Source: a virus
Taxonomy: Duplodnaviria; Caudoviricetes
Strand: one strand, 5' to 3'
IMG/VR virus record: IMGVR_UViG_3300020042_006369
Coordinates: 1 to 25,217 of that record
DNA: 25,217 nt
In this document: positions 24,679-25,217 of the stretch, piece by piece
Numbering within the stretch: position 1 is the first letter of the stretch
Layout of the letters: each line of letters begins with the position of its first letter
Translations under genes and position numbers: made by a program
The notes under the pieces: generated by a model
What the model saw: the letters and a program-made list of their open reading frames with translations, nothing else
Told to the model about the DNA's origin: nothing
Databases searched by the model: none

Positions 24679-25176
24679 ATGACCAATCACCGCATCATCA
24701 TCAACATCCACACAACCATCACCCTGCTCACCCAAATCACCGATCAACTACAAACCGCCATCACCGAACTACAAAACAACCAACCCGGCTACCCCACCAA
24801 CACCAGCCAAACCAACCTGCCCGCATCCACACCATCAACACCCTCAGGACTAGAACAACACCTGCACACCAAAGACACAGCCCGCACAGACTGGAACCAA
24901 CTACACACCGCAACCCAACACGCACTCACCAACGCCGCCACCATCCACCGCATCATCACCACATGGGCAAACCCCGCACACCCACCCACCGAACACACAC
25001 ACAACCAATGCCTGACATGCGACCACTACACCACCAGCAAAGGAAACGACAGACTACGCAGCGGACTATGCCAAGCCTGTCACCGTGCATGGACCCGTGC
25101 GCGCGCAACAACAGACCGCGGCACATGGATGTTGCAACGACGAAACCAAACCGATGGTGACATGGTGACAACCTGA
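24679..25176 (+). CDS. Hypothetical protein with a C-terminal zinc finger
   Basis: AAAGG RBS. CLTC...RLRSGLCQACHRAW. Confidence 0.65.
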   Translation: MTNHRIIINIHTTITLLTQITDQLQTAITELQNNQPGYPTNTSQTNLPASTPSTPSGLEQHLHTKDTARTDWNQLHTATQHALTNAATIHRIITTWANPAHPPTEHTHNQCLTCDHYTTSKGNDRLRSGLCQACHRAWTRARATTDRGTWMLQRRNQTDGDMVTT

Positions 25177-25217
25177 GAACCCAACAACCACAACACAAAC
25201 AGTGGAACTACTACACG

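Overview
A 25 kb internal fragment of a tailed dsDNA phage (siphovirus) genome, almost certainly infecting Actinobacteria (it encodes WhiB, an Rpf-family transglycosylase and an r1t-type holin). Nearly all genes are on the + strand. 98-1875 holds a glycosyltransferase and a methyltransferase. 1876-9288 is the head-tail connector and tail module, including a -1 frameshifted tail chaperone, a 728 aa tape measure and a LamG-like minor tail protein. 9288-13631 is a split lysis region (amidase ... holin) with an intervening phosphoesterase, beta-rich proteins, a sulfotransferase-like P-loop protein and a DUF6378-like protein. A strong terminator follows at about 13.77 kb. 13.8-15.7 kb is an early region built from two parallel three-gene units that share promoter, RBS and N-terminal sequences but carry unrelated gene bodies; this is the most unusual feature of the window. 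15.7-25.2 kb holds regulation and replication genes (HTH, resolvase, WhiB, PD-(D/E)XK exonuclease, SSB-like protein, Rpf lipoprotein, primase-polymerase/helicase with an iteron-like repeat cluster at its 3' end). No integrase, tRNA or CRISPR array was seen. All family calls come from motif recognition by eye, not database searches.
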